Below, piece by piece: positions 31,555-40,336 of a DNA stretch of 64,000 nt. The stretch is from a virus. Both the position numbers and the translations under genes were made by a program. The stretch spans positions 1 to 64,000 of IMG/VR virus record IMGVR_UViG_3300028045_000008, one strand, 5' to 3'. Under the pieces are notes generated by a model. The model saw only the letters and a list, made by a program, of their open reading frames with translations. It made no database searches and was not told where the DNA came from. Position 1 is the stretch's first letter, and the number at the start of each line of letters is the position of its first letter.

Positions 31555-31947
31555 ATGAGCATATATCAATATAGGGCCGGATTGCAAAATGTGGGATCTT
31601 ACCAGGTGGGTGGGACCCCTTACTTGACAGGCGGAATCGTTTCGGACAATGAGGTTATGATTGAATTTCCGAATGTAACAAAGAACATCTTAGTTTCCAA
31701 TACTTCTGGGACTATTGGCCTTAGAGTCCACTTTAACTCCACTGGTTCCGGAAATGTAATCGGCGGCCACCACTATTTCACTCTTTCGAATAAAGGTGAT
31801 AACGTAACATTCAATCAAAAATGTAAACAAATATTCATATCCCTCGAAACCCCCGGCACCGATGGTTCTTACGAGTTAGTCGCAGACTTGACAGGTATCC
31901 TGCCAAAGGAAATGTTTCCTCTGACTGGGTCTGGATTGACTGATTAG
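31555..31947 (+). CDS. Hypothetical small beta-rich protein, probably virion-associated
   Basis: Own CTATTTA motif (31514) and GGAG RBS. Confidence 0.55.
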   Translation: MSIYQYRAGLQNVGSYQVGGTPYLTGGIVSDNEVMIEFPNVTKNILVSNTSGTIGLRVHFNSTGSGNVIGGHHYFTLSNKGDNVTFNQKCKQIFISLETPGTDGSYELVADLTGILPKEMFPLTGSGLTD

Positions 31948-32051
31948 AGAAAAATATATTTTATTTTTGTAAAACAAACTCTTTATAAAAAGGTCTTTTT
32001 AAGTTTTATAAGACTATTTATCTTTGAGGTAATTTTTTAAGGAGTTCACAG

Positions 32052-33032
32052 ATGTCTTCACTTTTGGAACAAGCTATAATAGACGCATCAGCATTAAAAG
32101 AGGCTGCTGTAAAAAACGCGGAAACGGCAATATTGAATAAATATTCAAATGATATCAAAGAGGCGGTTGAGAGCCTTTTGGAGCAGGAGGATGATTTCTC
32201 CGACGCTGCCATGGACACCGACACCGAGGCCGAAACGCCGGACATTAAATTGGCTGGCGCCCCACCGGAAGAGAATGTCGAGGAAGTCATTACTCTTGAC
32301 TTTGAAGAGTTAAAAGAGATGGCAGAGACTTTGGCAGAGAAGGATCAGGAACTGATCGGGAACGAATACCAGCATGCCGCTGCCGAAGAAGAGGCTACTA
32401 CGCTGCCCTCTCCGGAAGAGGACGTCGAGGCAGTTTCTGTTGACGTGGCTCTAGAAGAAGATATGGATTTATCGGCCCTGAGTGACATCTTGGAAGAATT
32501 AGTGGTTGATATCGATCCACGCAAATCAGGCTGGGCCGGCACCCCAGAAAGTATTATGGCGCACAACGAAGAGTTGGAACTAGCGCGCCTCTCGTCTACC
32601 GAGGCGCAAGAGAAGGCCGCCGCGTTGAAAGACGCTGTAGAGAGACTTTCTGAAGAAAAACAAACTTTAAAAAATAAAAACACAAAGATTATTGAAGCTT
32701 TTAAGGCTTTAAAAGAGAATTTTGATAAAGTAAATTTATCAAACGCAAGATTACTCTATACAAATCGCATTTTGACAAACGACTCCTTGAATGAGCGACA
32801 AAAACATAAAATTGTCGAAGCTTTGTCTACTGCTATTTCTATTGAGGAAGCAAAGGTTATTTTCGAGACTCTAGAATGCGCAGTGGGTAGTGTATCAGGT
32901 AAAGCGCGACCACAATCACTCCGCGAGACTATTGAACGACCTTCTGCCACTTTACCTAGAAGAGCACCAGCTAGAAATACAGAAACTCCAGTAATGGAAA
33001 GGATGAAAATTCTAGCAGGTATTAAAAATTAG
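32052..33032 (+). CDS. Prohead scaffolding/core protein (gp22-like role)
   Basis: Very acidic coiled-coil protein immediately upstream of MCP; C-terminal RMKILAGI. Confidence 0.7.
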   Translation: MSSLLEQAIIDASALKEAAVKNAETAILNKYSNDIKEAVESLLEQEDDFSDAAMDTDTEAETPDIKLAGAPPEENVEEVITLDFEELKEMAETLAEKDQELIGNEYQHAAAEEEATTLPSPEEDVEAVSVDVALEEDMDLSALSDILEELVVDIDPRKSGWAGTPESIMAHNEELELARLSSTEAQEKAAALKDAVERLSEEKQTLKNKNTKIIEAFKALKENFDKVNLSNARLLYTNRILTNDSLNERQKHKIVEALSTAISIEEAKVIFETLECAVGSVSGKARPQSLRETIERPSATLPRRAPARNTETPVMERMKILAGIKN

Positions 33033-33057
33033 ATAACAAATTAGGAGATAATAAAAA

Positions 33058-34764
33058 ATGTCTATTTTAAATAAATTAACTGAAGGTATCGTTCGACGCG
33101 ATCTTTCTAAAGAAGGTGCCGCTCTTCTCTCCAAGTGGGAAAAGACTGGTCTTCTTGAAGGGATTTCAAATGAGCGTGCCAAGCACGGAATGGCTTCGTT
33201 GCTTGAAAACCAAGCCAAAGAGCTTCTTCGTGAAGCATCCACAATGGCTGGCGCCGGCGGCGGTGACGTCGAAGGCTTCGCTTCTGTGGCTTTCCCAATT
33301 GTCCGCCGAGTATTCGGTGGATTGATCGCAAACGACCTCGTTTCGGTTCAACCTATGAGCCTCCCATCGGGACTCATTTTCTTCCTTGACTTCACTTATC
33401 ATAATAATCGCCTCGACACAGCGAGGAATACTTCGGTATACGGTGGTGGACAAGTTGCTTCGCAAATCACTGGCGGCGTTTCGCTCGCTGGAAACGAAGC
33501 AGAGCAGAGCTTTTACGCCCTGAACAACGGATACACAAGTCCGACTGGTACCGTAGGTGGCCTTTCTATTACAGCAGTTCTTTCTGGTGTTGTCGGTGAT
33601 CCAACTGCAGGTGACGATGTCGATCGCATTTGTCGTTTTGATCCCGATTTGGTAGGCGCCGCAGTAGCTATCGCACCCGTTACCTTGTCAGACCTGACGG
33701 ACGGCCAGTTAAACATCAAAGATTATGTAACAATCACTCTTAATCTTGATGGTACCATGAATCCTGACCAAGTACGTCGACTAACGCGAGATGTCAACGC
33801 AAATGATGTCGCTGCTGGCCTTACCGCCGGCGATCTTGTCCTTGTTTGTTCGACCGGACTGGGCGCAGGAGAAATTGCAAACTCTGTAACTTCCATAGAG
33901 TCCGCAAATTCCGCCTCTTTCGTAATCGATGACGCCTTCCAGGCAGCCGGTGCTATTGGTTCAGTTGAAGGTATCGACATTTGGGGCCTTGAGAACGAAG
34001 AGCGCATCCCAGAAATCGACATCAAGGTCGATTCCGTGGCTGTCACTGCGAAGACCAAGAAGCTCAAAGCTAAGTGGACGCCTGAACTGGCACAAGATCT
34101 GAATGCTTATCACAATCTCGATGCAGAGGTTGAGTTGACCAGTATTCTGTCTGAGCACATCGCTCTTGAAATCGACCAAGAAATCTTGGAAGACCTCATC
34201 AAGGGTGCTACTGCTGAAACCCTCCACTGGTCCAGGTTTCCTGGAAAATTCGTGAATCGCCAAACCGGCGCCGCCTTGGATTCCATAACTAACGGTTTCC
34301 CAGACTTCACCGGCAACGTTAGCGAATGGTACGAGACCCTCGTTGAAACTATTAACGACGTCTCCGCACAGATCCACAGAAAGACTCTTCGTGGTGGCGC
34401 TAACTTCATCGTTGTTTCACCTGAAGTTGCAAACCTCCTCGAATTCACTGCTGGATTCCGCGGCTCTGTCACTCACGATGATGATCGTGGGCAAGTTGGA
34501 GCAGTTAGAGTTGGCTCTTTGAGCAAGAAGTTTGACGTGTATGTCGATCCTTACTTCCCGAGAAACGTTGTTCTCGCTGGTCGCAAGGGTTCTTCGTTCC
34601 TCGAAAGTGGATACGTTTACGCTCCTTATGTGCCTCTCCAAATGACTCCTACCATCTTTGGTACCGAGGATTTCGTGCCGCGCAAAGGCGTCATGACTCG
34701 TTACGCTAAGAAGATGGTTCGTCCTGATATGTATGGACTTGTCATTGTTCAAGATCTCGCATAA
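33058..34764 (+). CDS. Major capsid protein (T4 gp23-like)
   Basis: VQPM..PSGLIF, KLKAKWTPELAQDL.AYH.LDAE.EL..IL..EI..EI, YAPYVPL, GVMTRY. Confidence 0.95.
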   Translation: MSILNKLTEGIVRRDLSKEGAALLSKWEKTGLLEGISNERAKHGMASLLENQAKELLREASTMAGAGGGDVEGFASVAFPIVRRVFGGLIANDLVSVQPMSLPSGLIFFLDFTYHNNRLDTARNTSVYGGGQVASQITGGVSLAGNEAEQSFYALNNGYTSPTGTVGGLSITAVLSGVVGDPTAGDDVDRICRFDPDLVGAAVAIAPVTLSDLTDGQLNIKDYVTITLNLDGTMNPDQVRRLTRDVNANDVAAGLTAGDLVLVCSTGLGAGEIANSVTSIESANSASFVIDDAFQAAGAIGSVEGIDIWGLENEERIPEIDIKVDSVAVTAKTKKLKAKWTPELAQDLNAYHNLDAEVELTSILSEHIALEIDQEILEDLIKGATAETLHWSRFPGKFVNRQTGAALDSITNGFPDFTGNVSEWYETLVETINDVSAQIHRKTLRGGANFIVVSPEVANLLEFTAGFRGSVTHDDDRGQVGAVRVGSLSKKFDVYVDPYFPRNVVLAGRKGSSFLESGYVYAPYVPLQMTPTIFGTEDFVPRKGVMTRYAKKMVRPDMYGLVIVQDLA

Positions 34765-34796
34765 TAGCTAAATAGCTGAAAATAAGAGAATTTAAT

Positions 34797-34828
34797 GCCC
34801 TCCCACTTTTTGTGGGGGGGTTTTGTTT
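34797..34828 (+). terminator. Rho-independent terminator after MCP
   Basis: ccctcccac/gtggggggg hairpin followed by ttttgttt. Confidence 0.75.
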
Positions 34829-34863
34829 ATGTGGAAACTACTTAGTCTAGGAGGCCCCCGAAC

Positions 34864-36132
34864 ATGGCATTACCAACTTTAACACCGGCAAGTCAGATGA
34901 GCAAGGCTATCTTACCACCGACTGGCAATGTGGATGATGTCTCTGTCGCAGTGCCTTACGGCATGTATAATAGCTCCCCCGGTTTTCTATCTGGCGCCGC
35001 AACCCAGGTGGCTTATACCTATAAGAAGCTGGGAGGAGATGTTCTCGATATCGAGCTTAAATCTGCTAATGTCTATGCGAATTACGAAGACGCGGTTCTT
35101 GAGTATAGTTACTTGGTCAATCTTCACCAAACAAAAAACATCCTTTCTGATGTCCTTGGTCAGGCAACTGGAACATTTGATCACAATGGCGAATCTCTAA
35201 CTGGGCCCGAAAATGTAAATTTAAAGTATCCACGCGTTATGTTCGAGTATGCACGCCGCGTCGGCGATGGAATATCTTTTGAAGCAAATGTTGGTGGAAC
35301 TATCCCTATTTACTCCGCTTCTTTTAAACTGGAGCAGGATAGGCAAGACTATGACTTGCAAGCCATAATATCATCTTCCGCCGCGACCGGAGTGGGAGCA
35401 ACCGGAGATCCGGTACCGTATGCCGGCATTGTGGGGGATAAAAGAGTTATCGTAAAGAAGGTTTACTATAAGACGCCTCACGCCATGTGGAGATTCTTTG
35501 GGTATTTCGGAGGACTAAACGTGGTTGGCAATATGAACTACTATGGGCAGTTTACTGATGATTCCTCATTTGAACTGATCCCGACTTGGCAAAACAAGCT
35601 CCAAGCTATGGCTTTCGAGGATAATCTGTGGACAAGGTTATCTCACTATTCTTATGAACTGAGAGATAATAAGCTAAGAATATACCCCGTACCTCAGTTG
35701 CTGAGTACTTATTTATATATGTGGGTTGAATTTTCCGTCATTCCAAATAGTTGGGATGAGCCCAGCAACTACAAATCTGGGACTGATGGAATAAACAACT
35801 TAAATACTATCCCTTTTGATAATCTGCCGTATGAGAATATTAACGCCATTGGAAAGCAGTGGATTCGAAGATTCGCACTCGCTTTGTCCAAGGAAACTCT
35901 TGGTCAGATTAGGGGAAAGTTTCAGACTATTCCCATTCCAGGGGAATCTGTAACTCTTAATGCCTCTGATTTACTATCTCAGGCAAAAGATGAGCAGGAT
36001 AAGCTGAGAACAGAATTGAAAGAGATTATGGACCAGTTAACTTATGTAGAGGTGGCCAAGAGTGATGCAGATAAGGTTGAGTCCGTTGGGAAGATATTTA
36101 AAACTATTCCAAAACTTATTTATCAAGGATAA
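34864..36132 (+). CDS. Neck/head-tail adaptor (T4 gp13-like)
   Basis: KLGGDVLDIEL N-terminal and WIRRFALAL.KE.LG..RGKF...PG..VTLN C-terminal motifs. Confidence 0.75.
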   Translation: MALPTLTPASQMSKAILPPTGNVDDVSVAVPYGMYNSSPGFLSGAATQVAYTYKKLGGDVLDIELKSANVYANYEDAVLEYSYLVNLHQTKNILSDVLGQATGTFDHNGESLTGPENVNLKYPRVMFEYARRVGDGISFEANVGGTIPIYSASFKLEQDRQDYDLQAIISSSAATGVGATGDPVPYAGIVGDKRVIVKKVYYKTPHAMWRFFGYFGGLNVVGNMNYYGQFTDDSSFELIPTWQNKLQAMAFEDNLWTRLSHYSYELRDNKLRIYPVPQLLSTYLYMWVEFSVIPNSWDEPSNYKSGTDGINNLNTIPFDNLPYENINAIGKQWIRRFALALSKETLGQIRGKFQTIPIPGESVTLNASDLLSQAKDEQDKLRTELKEIMDQLTYVEVAKSDADKVESVGKIFKTIPKLIYQG

Positions 36133-36135
36133 ACT

Positions 36136-37011
36136 ATGAGCAGCGAAAAAGAAAAGTTCCAAGGTTTTCGTCCCTATTTCAAAGAAGAAATACTAGATGA
36201 CAAGCCAGTTCCGCTGAAGGACATCTCGCTGATGCCATCAACTGTAGAGACCATAGATTTGGCTCTTTACGACTGGGTGAACGAAGAAATGGATCTATAC
36301 TGCACAACTAACGAGGGATGGAAAAAAGTGCCAATAATCTGGTCAATGCCAGAACGAGCATATCAGACAAAAAACGATAAAGACCTTAGAAATTCTAATA
36401 ACATCTTCACTTTTCCAGTAATATCAATTGAAAGGACTTCGCTTATAAAAGATCCTGCGATGAAGGGTGTCGCATGGGCCCACCTACCGCAATACAACGA
36501 TCCTAGAGGGGGCGCCATCGAAGTTTCTAGGAGAATCCAGCAAGATAAGACATCCAACTTCGCAAACGCTACGTCACAGAGAAGATTCAAGCAGCAGAAT
36601 TTCCCACTCAATAACAAGAAGGTGGTTTACGAAACTATCACTATGCCAATCCCGACATATGTTGTAGCGACTTATTCTATGGTTATCAGTACTGAATATC
36701 AGCAGCAGATGAACGAGATATTTACTCCATTTCTTACAACTACAGGCCAAATCAATAATTTTTTCATTCACCGTGATGGTCACAAATTTGAAGGGTTCAT
36801 TCAGAATGATCCCGCACTAGATAACACTTTATCAAATCTGGCTGAAGAAGAGAGGAAGTTCAAGACCACTATCGATTTGAAGATACTGGGATACCTGCTG
36901 AGCGCTGGAAAGAATGACGAGCGCCCTAAAGTCACTATTAGGGAGAATGCTGTCGAAGTTAAGATGCCCAGAGAGAGGGTTATATTCGGTGATAAGAAGG
37001 AATATAAATAA
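36136..37011 (+). CDS. Tail terminator/completion protein (gp15-like)
   Basis: KVPIIW..PER, FPVISIER; neck-cluster position. Confidence 0.55.
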   Translation: MSSEKEKFQGFRPYFKEEILDDKPVPLKDISLMPSTVETIDLALYDWVNEEMDLYCTTNEGWKKVPIIWSMPERAYQTKNDKDLRNSNNIFTFPVISIERTSLIKDPAMKGVAWAHLPQYNDPRGGAIEVSRRIQQDKTSNFANATSQRRFKQQNFPLNNKKVVYETITMPIPTYVVATYSMVISTEYQQQMNEIFTPFLTTTGQINNFFIHRDGHKFEGFIQNDPALDNTLSNLAEEERKFKTTIDLKILGYLLSAGKNDERPKVTIRENAVEVKMPRERVIFGDKKEYK

Positions 37012-37835
37012 TGGCTGATGACAATAAATGGAGCAAGCCATCAAATCCGCCACCACCGCTTTTTCTTGGAGAGAACGAGAGAAACTTAGTTAAGCAGGTT
37101 AATGATGAGTTAATCGAGCGTGTCATTGGCCAAGCCATTACTTATCTCCCTGTTTCTATGGAAAGAACAAATTTCCACCCACTATATGGTGAAGCAATTG
37201 AAAAGAGTTTCATGCCTCCAGTTAGGGTGTATGCCCTTGTAGAATTTGAGGGAATCACCACCACCACGGATCACTACGGCCTAGATAAGGAGTATCCCAT
37301 AACGGTAAGATTTCACGAGAGGAGACTCCACGAAGATCAGGATCTCTATGTCAGAGAAGGGGATTATGTTCAGTACGGAACATCATTTTTTGAAATTGTG
37401 TCTCTCAAGGAAGATCGTCAGCTTTTCGGACAGGTAGACCATCTTTTCCAGATTGAGGCCAAATGTATAAAAACGAGAAAAGGCCTGATAGACCTGAATG
37501 TTCTTCCATCTGACACCATCGCCGCTATCCTTGAGTCGTCCGAAACATCATCTGAGTCCGAGGAATCTGGTGGATCTGGTGGATCTTCGATCGCCAGGAT
37601 ATGTTATGTCAACGACGCCACGGTGGATATAGCACCGGATACGTCTCTCAACGGCTTTCTGGGAGTGGGAGAGCTATCTACAGTCACCGCCGCAGTATAT
37701 GAGAACGGCATGAGACAAAAGCTAACAGGACTCCCGGCTACCGGAGACTATTATATCGATGATGGCGAATTATATAGCATCGTGGAGATTGAGGAAGGAC
37801 AACGTGTCTTAGTGGAGGTTTTAACTTTAGTATGA
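37011..37835 (+). CDS. Neck/head-closure protein (gp14-like) with extra C-terminal domain
   Basis: G..ITYLP....N..LYGE and REGDYV..G..FFEI motifs; Ser/Gly linker then extra domain. Confidence 0.6.
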   Translation: MADDNKWSKPSNPPPPLFLGENERNLVKQVNDELIERVIGQAITYLPVSMERTNFHPLYGEAIEKSFMPPVRVYALVEFEGITTTTDHYGLDKEYPITVRFHERRLHEDQDLYVREGDYVQYGTSFFEIVSLKEDRQLFGQVDHLFQIEAKCIKTRKGLIDLNVLPSDTIAAILESSETSSESEESGGSGGSSIARICYVNDATVDIAPDTSLNGFLGVGELSTVTAAVYENGMRQKLTGLPATGDYYIDDGELYSIVEIEEGQRVLVEVLTLV

Positions 37836-39034
37836 GTACATTTCGCGAGCATAAATCAGTTGCTGACCGCTCTGCTGCAGACCGTAAGCGCCATAAAAGA
37901 AAGATCGAGAAAGCCCTTAAAGAAGGCATCAAGGACGTGGTTGCAGACGAGTCGATTATCGGACAGGACGGAAAAAAGAAAGTAAAAATCCCCGTTAAAG
38001 GAATTAAAGAGTATCAATTCATTTACGGAGAAAACAAGAGTAATAAAAAAGCAGCTTCAGCGGGAGATAAACAGGTAAAAAAAGGGCAAATACTAAGAAA
38101 AAAGCCACAGAAAGGAAAGGGATCTGGAAAGAAGGCGAGTAATGAGCCCGGCGAGGAATACTATGAAGTAGAGATAACGTTGGACGAACTCGCAGAGTAT
38201 TTATTCGAAAACCTAAATTTGCCAGACCTACAAAAAAAGAAATTTAGATTTATCAAGGACAAAAAGCTTAGAAGAAAAGGGTACCGAAAGAAGGGGATCC
38301 GAACGAGACTCTCTAAGAAAGAAACGATAAAAAGAAAAATAAGAAGAAAGAAGCGTGCCATCGCAAGCGGAACTTTTGATCCGAATGGGGAAGAGAGATT
38401 CCCATTTCACCAGGATGACCTAAAATATAAACATATGAAGGAAAAGGACGTTGAAAGCAGTTCTGCTGTAGTCTTTTTCTTGATGGATGTATCAGGCTCT
38501 ATGGATAAACAGAAAAAGTACCTGGCTCGAAGCTTCTACTTCCTGTTATATCAATTTTTGCGGTACAGATATGAGAATATAGAAGTGGTCTTCATATCCC
38601 ACTCAACTGATGCCAAAGAAGTCAGCGAATCAGAGTTTTTTGAAAGAGCAACCTCCGGAGGCACCCTGATGTCTTCTGCTCTTGAGATGGAGAAGGAAAT
38701 TATAGAAAAGAGATATCACCCATCGTCGTGGAACATTTACACCTTTTATTGTGGTGATGGCGAAAACTGGTCGATAGATAACAAGAAATCACTAGACCTC
38801 ATAAAGAGTCTGTCTGAAATTAATCAGATGTTCTGCTATGCTGAGATCAATCCATTTCTGGCTCACGGATCAGATAACGATACATATTTCGCATTCAATA
38901 GTTCTCTGGATCCAAGCAGTATGTGGACTCGTCTGGCCCCACTTGAGAGTGAGGGGATAAAGAGAGTGAAGATCGCCGAGTCTAAGGACATTTGGCCTTC
39001 TTTTAATAAAATATTTGGAGGAGACCTCCCATGA
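37832..39034 (+). CDS. yeaH: YeaH/YhbH family (DUF444) vWA-domain protein
   Basis: D..RH..KI..ALK, PF...DLKY, AVVFFLMDVSGSM MIDAS, SGGT..SSAL, WNIY.F..GDGEN. Confidence 0.92.
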   Translation: MSTFREHKSVADRSAADRKRHKRKIEKALKEGIKDVVADESIIGQDGKKKVKIPVKGIKEYQFIYGENKSNKKAASAGDKQVKKGQILRKKPQKGKGSGKKASNEPGEEYYEVEITLDELAEYLFENLNLPDLQKKKFRFIKDKKLRRKGYRKKGIRTRLSKKETIKRKIRRKKRAIASGTFDPNGEERFPFHQDDLKYKHMKEKDVESSSAVVFFLMDVSGSMDKQKKYLARSFYFLLYQFLRYRYENIEVVFISHSTDAKEVSESEFFERATSGGTLMSSALEMEKEIIEKRYHPSSWNIYTFYCGDGENWSIDNKKSLDLIKSLSEINQMFCYAEINPFLAHGSDNDTYFAFNSSLDPSSMWTRLAPLESEGIKRVKIAESKDIWPSFNKIFGGDLP

Positions 39035-40335
39035 AAGACTGGACCATAAAAGAGTTACAAAGATATGACAAGGAAATCTGTAAAATTGCAGAAGAAAAAT
39101 ATGCCCTCGATTGGTTTCCTATAGAATATGAGATTCTAGATTATCATGAGATGCTGGGCGCCATGGCCTACAGTGGCTTGCCAACTCACTATCGTCACTG
39201 GTCATTCGGAAAAAACTTTGAAAGAACTTCTACTCGATACAATCTTGGAATGGAGGGCTTACCCTATGAGATGATCATAAACAGTAATCCAAGCATAGCC
39301 TATCTGATGCTTGAGAATCCAATGAGCATCCATCTGCTGACTATGGCTCACTGTGTTGGTCATTCTGATTTTTTTAAAAATAATCGCATGTTCAAAGAGA
39401 CAGATCCATCAAATATTATATCTAGGTTTAAATCTGCCTCAAAAAGAGTAAGAGATTATATAGAGGATCCCAGCATTGGAATCGATAGAGTGGAGGCGAT
39501 CTTAGACGCTTGCCACTCCATACAGTACCAAGTACCAAGAATTCCAGGCATTGTGAGAAGCCCAGCTAGCTCGAAAGAGGATAAAAACAACGAAGACAAT
39601 AAAAATTTGATTGGCGATTTGTTCCGTTTCGAAAATATTGAAGACTACAACTTGCTTGGTTTTATAAAAAACAATTCTCGCAATCTTGAAGACTGGCAAA
39701 GAGATCTGGTGGGGATGGTAGAGAGAAGGTCCTCGTACTTCATACCACAGGCTAGGACAAAGATTATGAATGAGGGCTGGGCTGTGATGATTCATGAAAA
39801 AATAATGAATGATCTAAACTTGCCGGACAAATATCAAATAGCCTTTTTGAAATCACACAACCAGGTCGTCCGTCCAATGTTGGGTAGGATCAATCCTTAT
39901 CATCTTGGCTACAACATGTTTAAGAAGATAGAGAGGGATCACGGATTCGAAGAGTGCAAGCTGGTTCGCGAGATTCATGACGATGAAGCGTTCATAAGAA
40001 AGTACTTGGATGAGGAAATGTGTAAAGAATTGAATCTCTTTAGCTACTCTTACAATAAGCCAGGTAGAAAATACGCAATTAATGACATTTCTGACAAAGA
40101 AGGGTGGAAAAGCGTGAGGGACGCCCTAATTAGTAATGTGGGACTTAACAGCGTCCCAGTTGTGCGCGTTGATAAATTTAATAAAAAAATGAATATTTTA
40201 TATCTAAAGCATGAACATGATGGTCGCGACTTGGAGATTAGCTACGCAAACAAAGTGTACGATCACATTAAATTTTTGTGGGATGATGATATAATATTTA
40301 CTTCCATTCTGGAAGGTGAACTATGGGAATTTTAA
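39031..40335 (+). CDS. spoVR: SpoVR/YcgB family protein
   Basis: G.PTHY.HWSFGK, YEMIINSNPSIAYL, AH..GHSDFFKNN, TKIMNEGWA, NPYHLG, HEHDGRDL. Confidence 0.93.
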   Translation: MKDWTIKELQRYDKEICKIAEEKYALDWFPIEYEILDYHEMLGAMAYSGLPTHYRHWSFGKNFERTSTRYNLGMEGLPYEMIINSNPSIAYLMLENPMSIHLLTMAHCVGHSDFFKNNRMFKETDPSNIISRFKSASKRVRDYIEDPSIGIDRVEAILDACHSIQYQVPRIPGIVRSPASSKEDKNNEDNKNLIGDLFRFENIEDYNLLGFIKNNSRNLEDWQRDLVGMVERRSSYFIPQARTKIMNEGWAVMIHEKIMNDLNLPDKYQIAFLKSHNQVVRPMLGRINPYHLGYNMFKKIERDHGFEECKLVREIHDDEAFIRKYLDEEMCKELNLFSYSYNKPGRKYAINDISDKEGWKSVRDALISNVGLNSVPVVRVDKFNKKMNILYLKHEHDGRDLEISYANKVYDHIKFLWDDDIIFTSILEGELWEF

Positions 40336-40336
40336 A

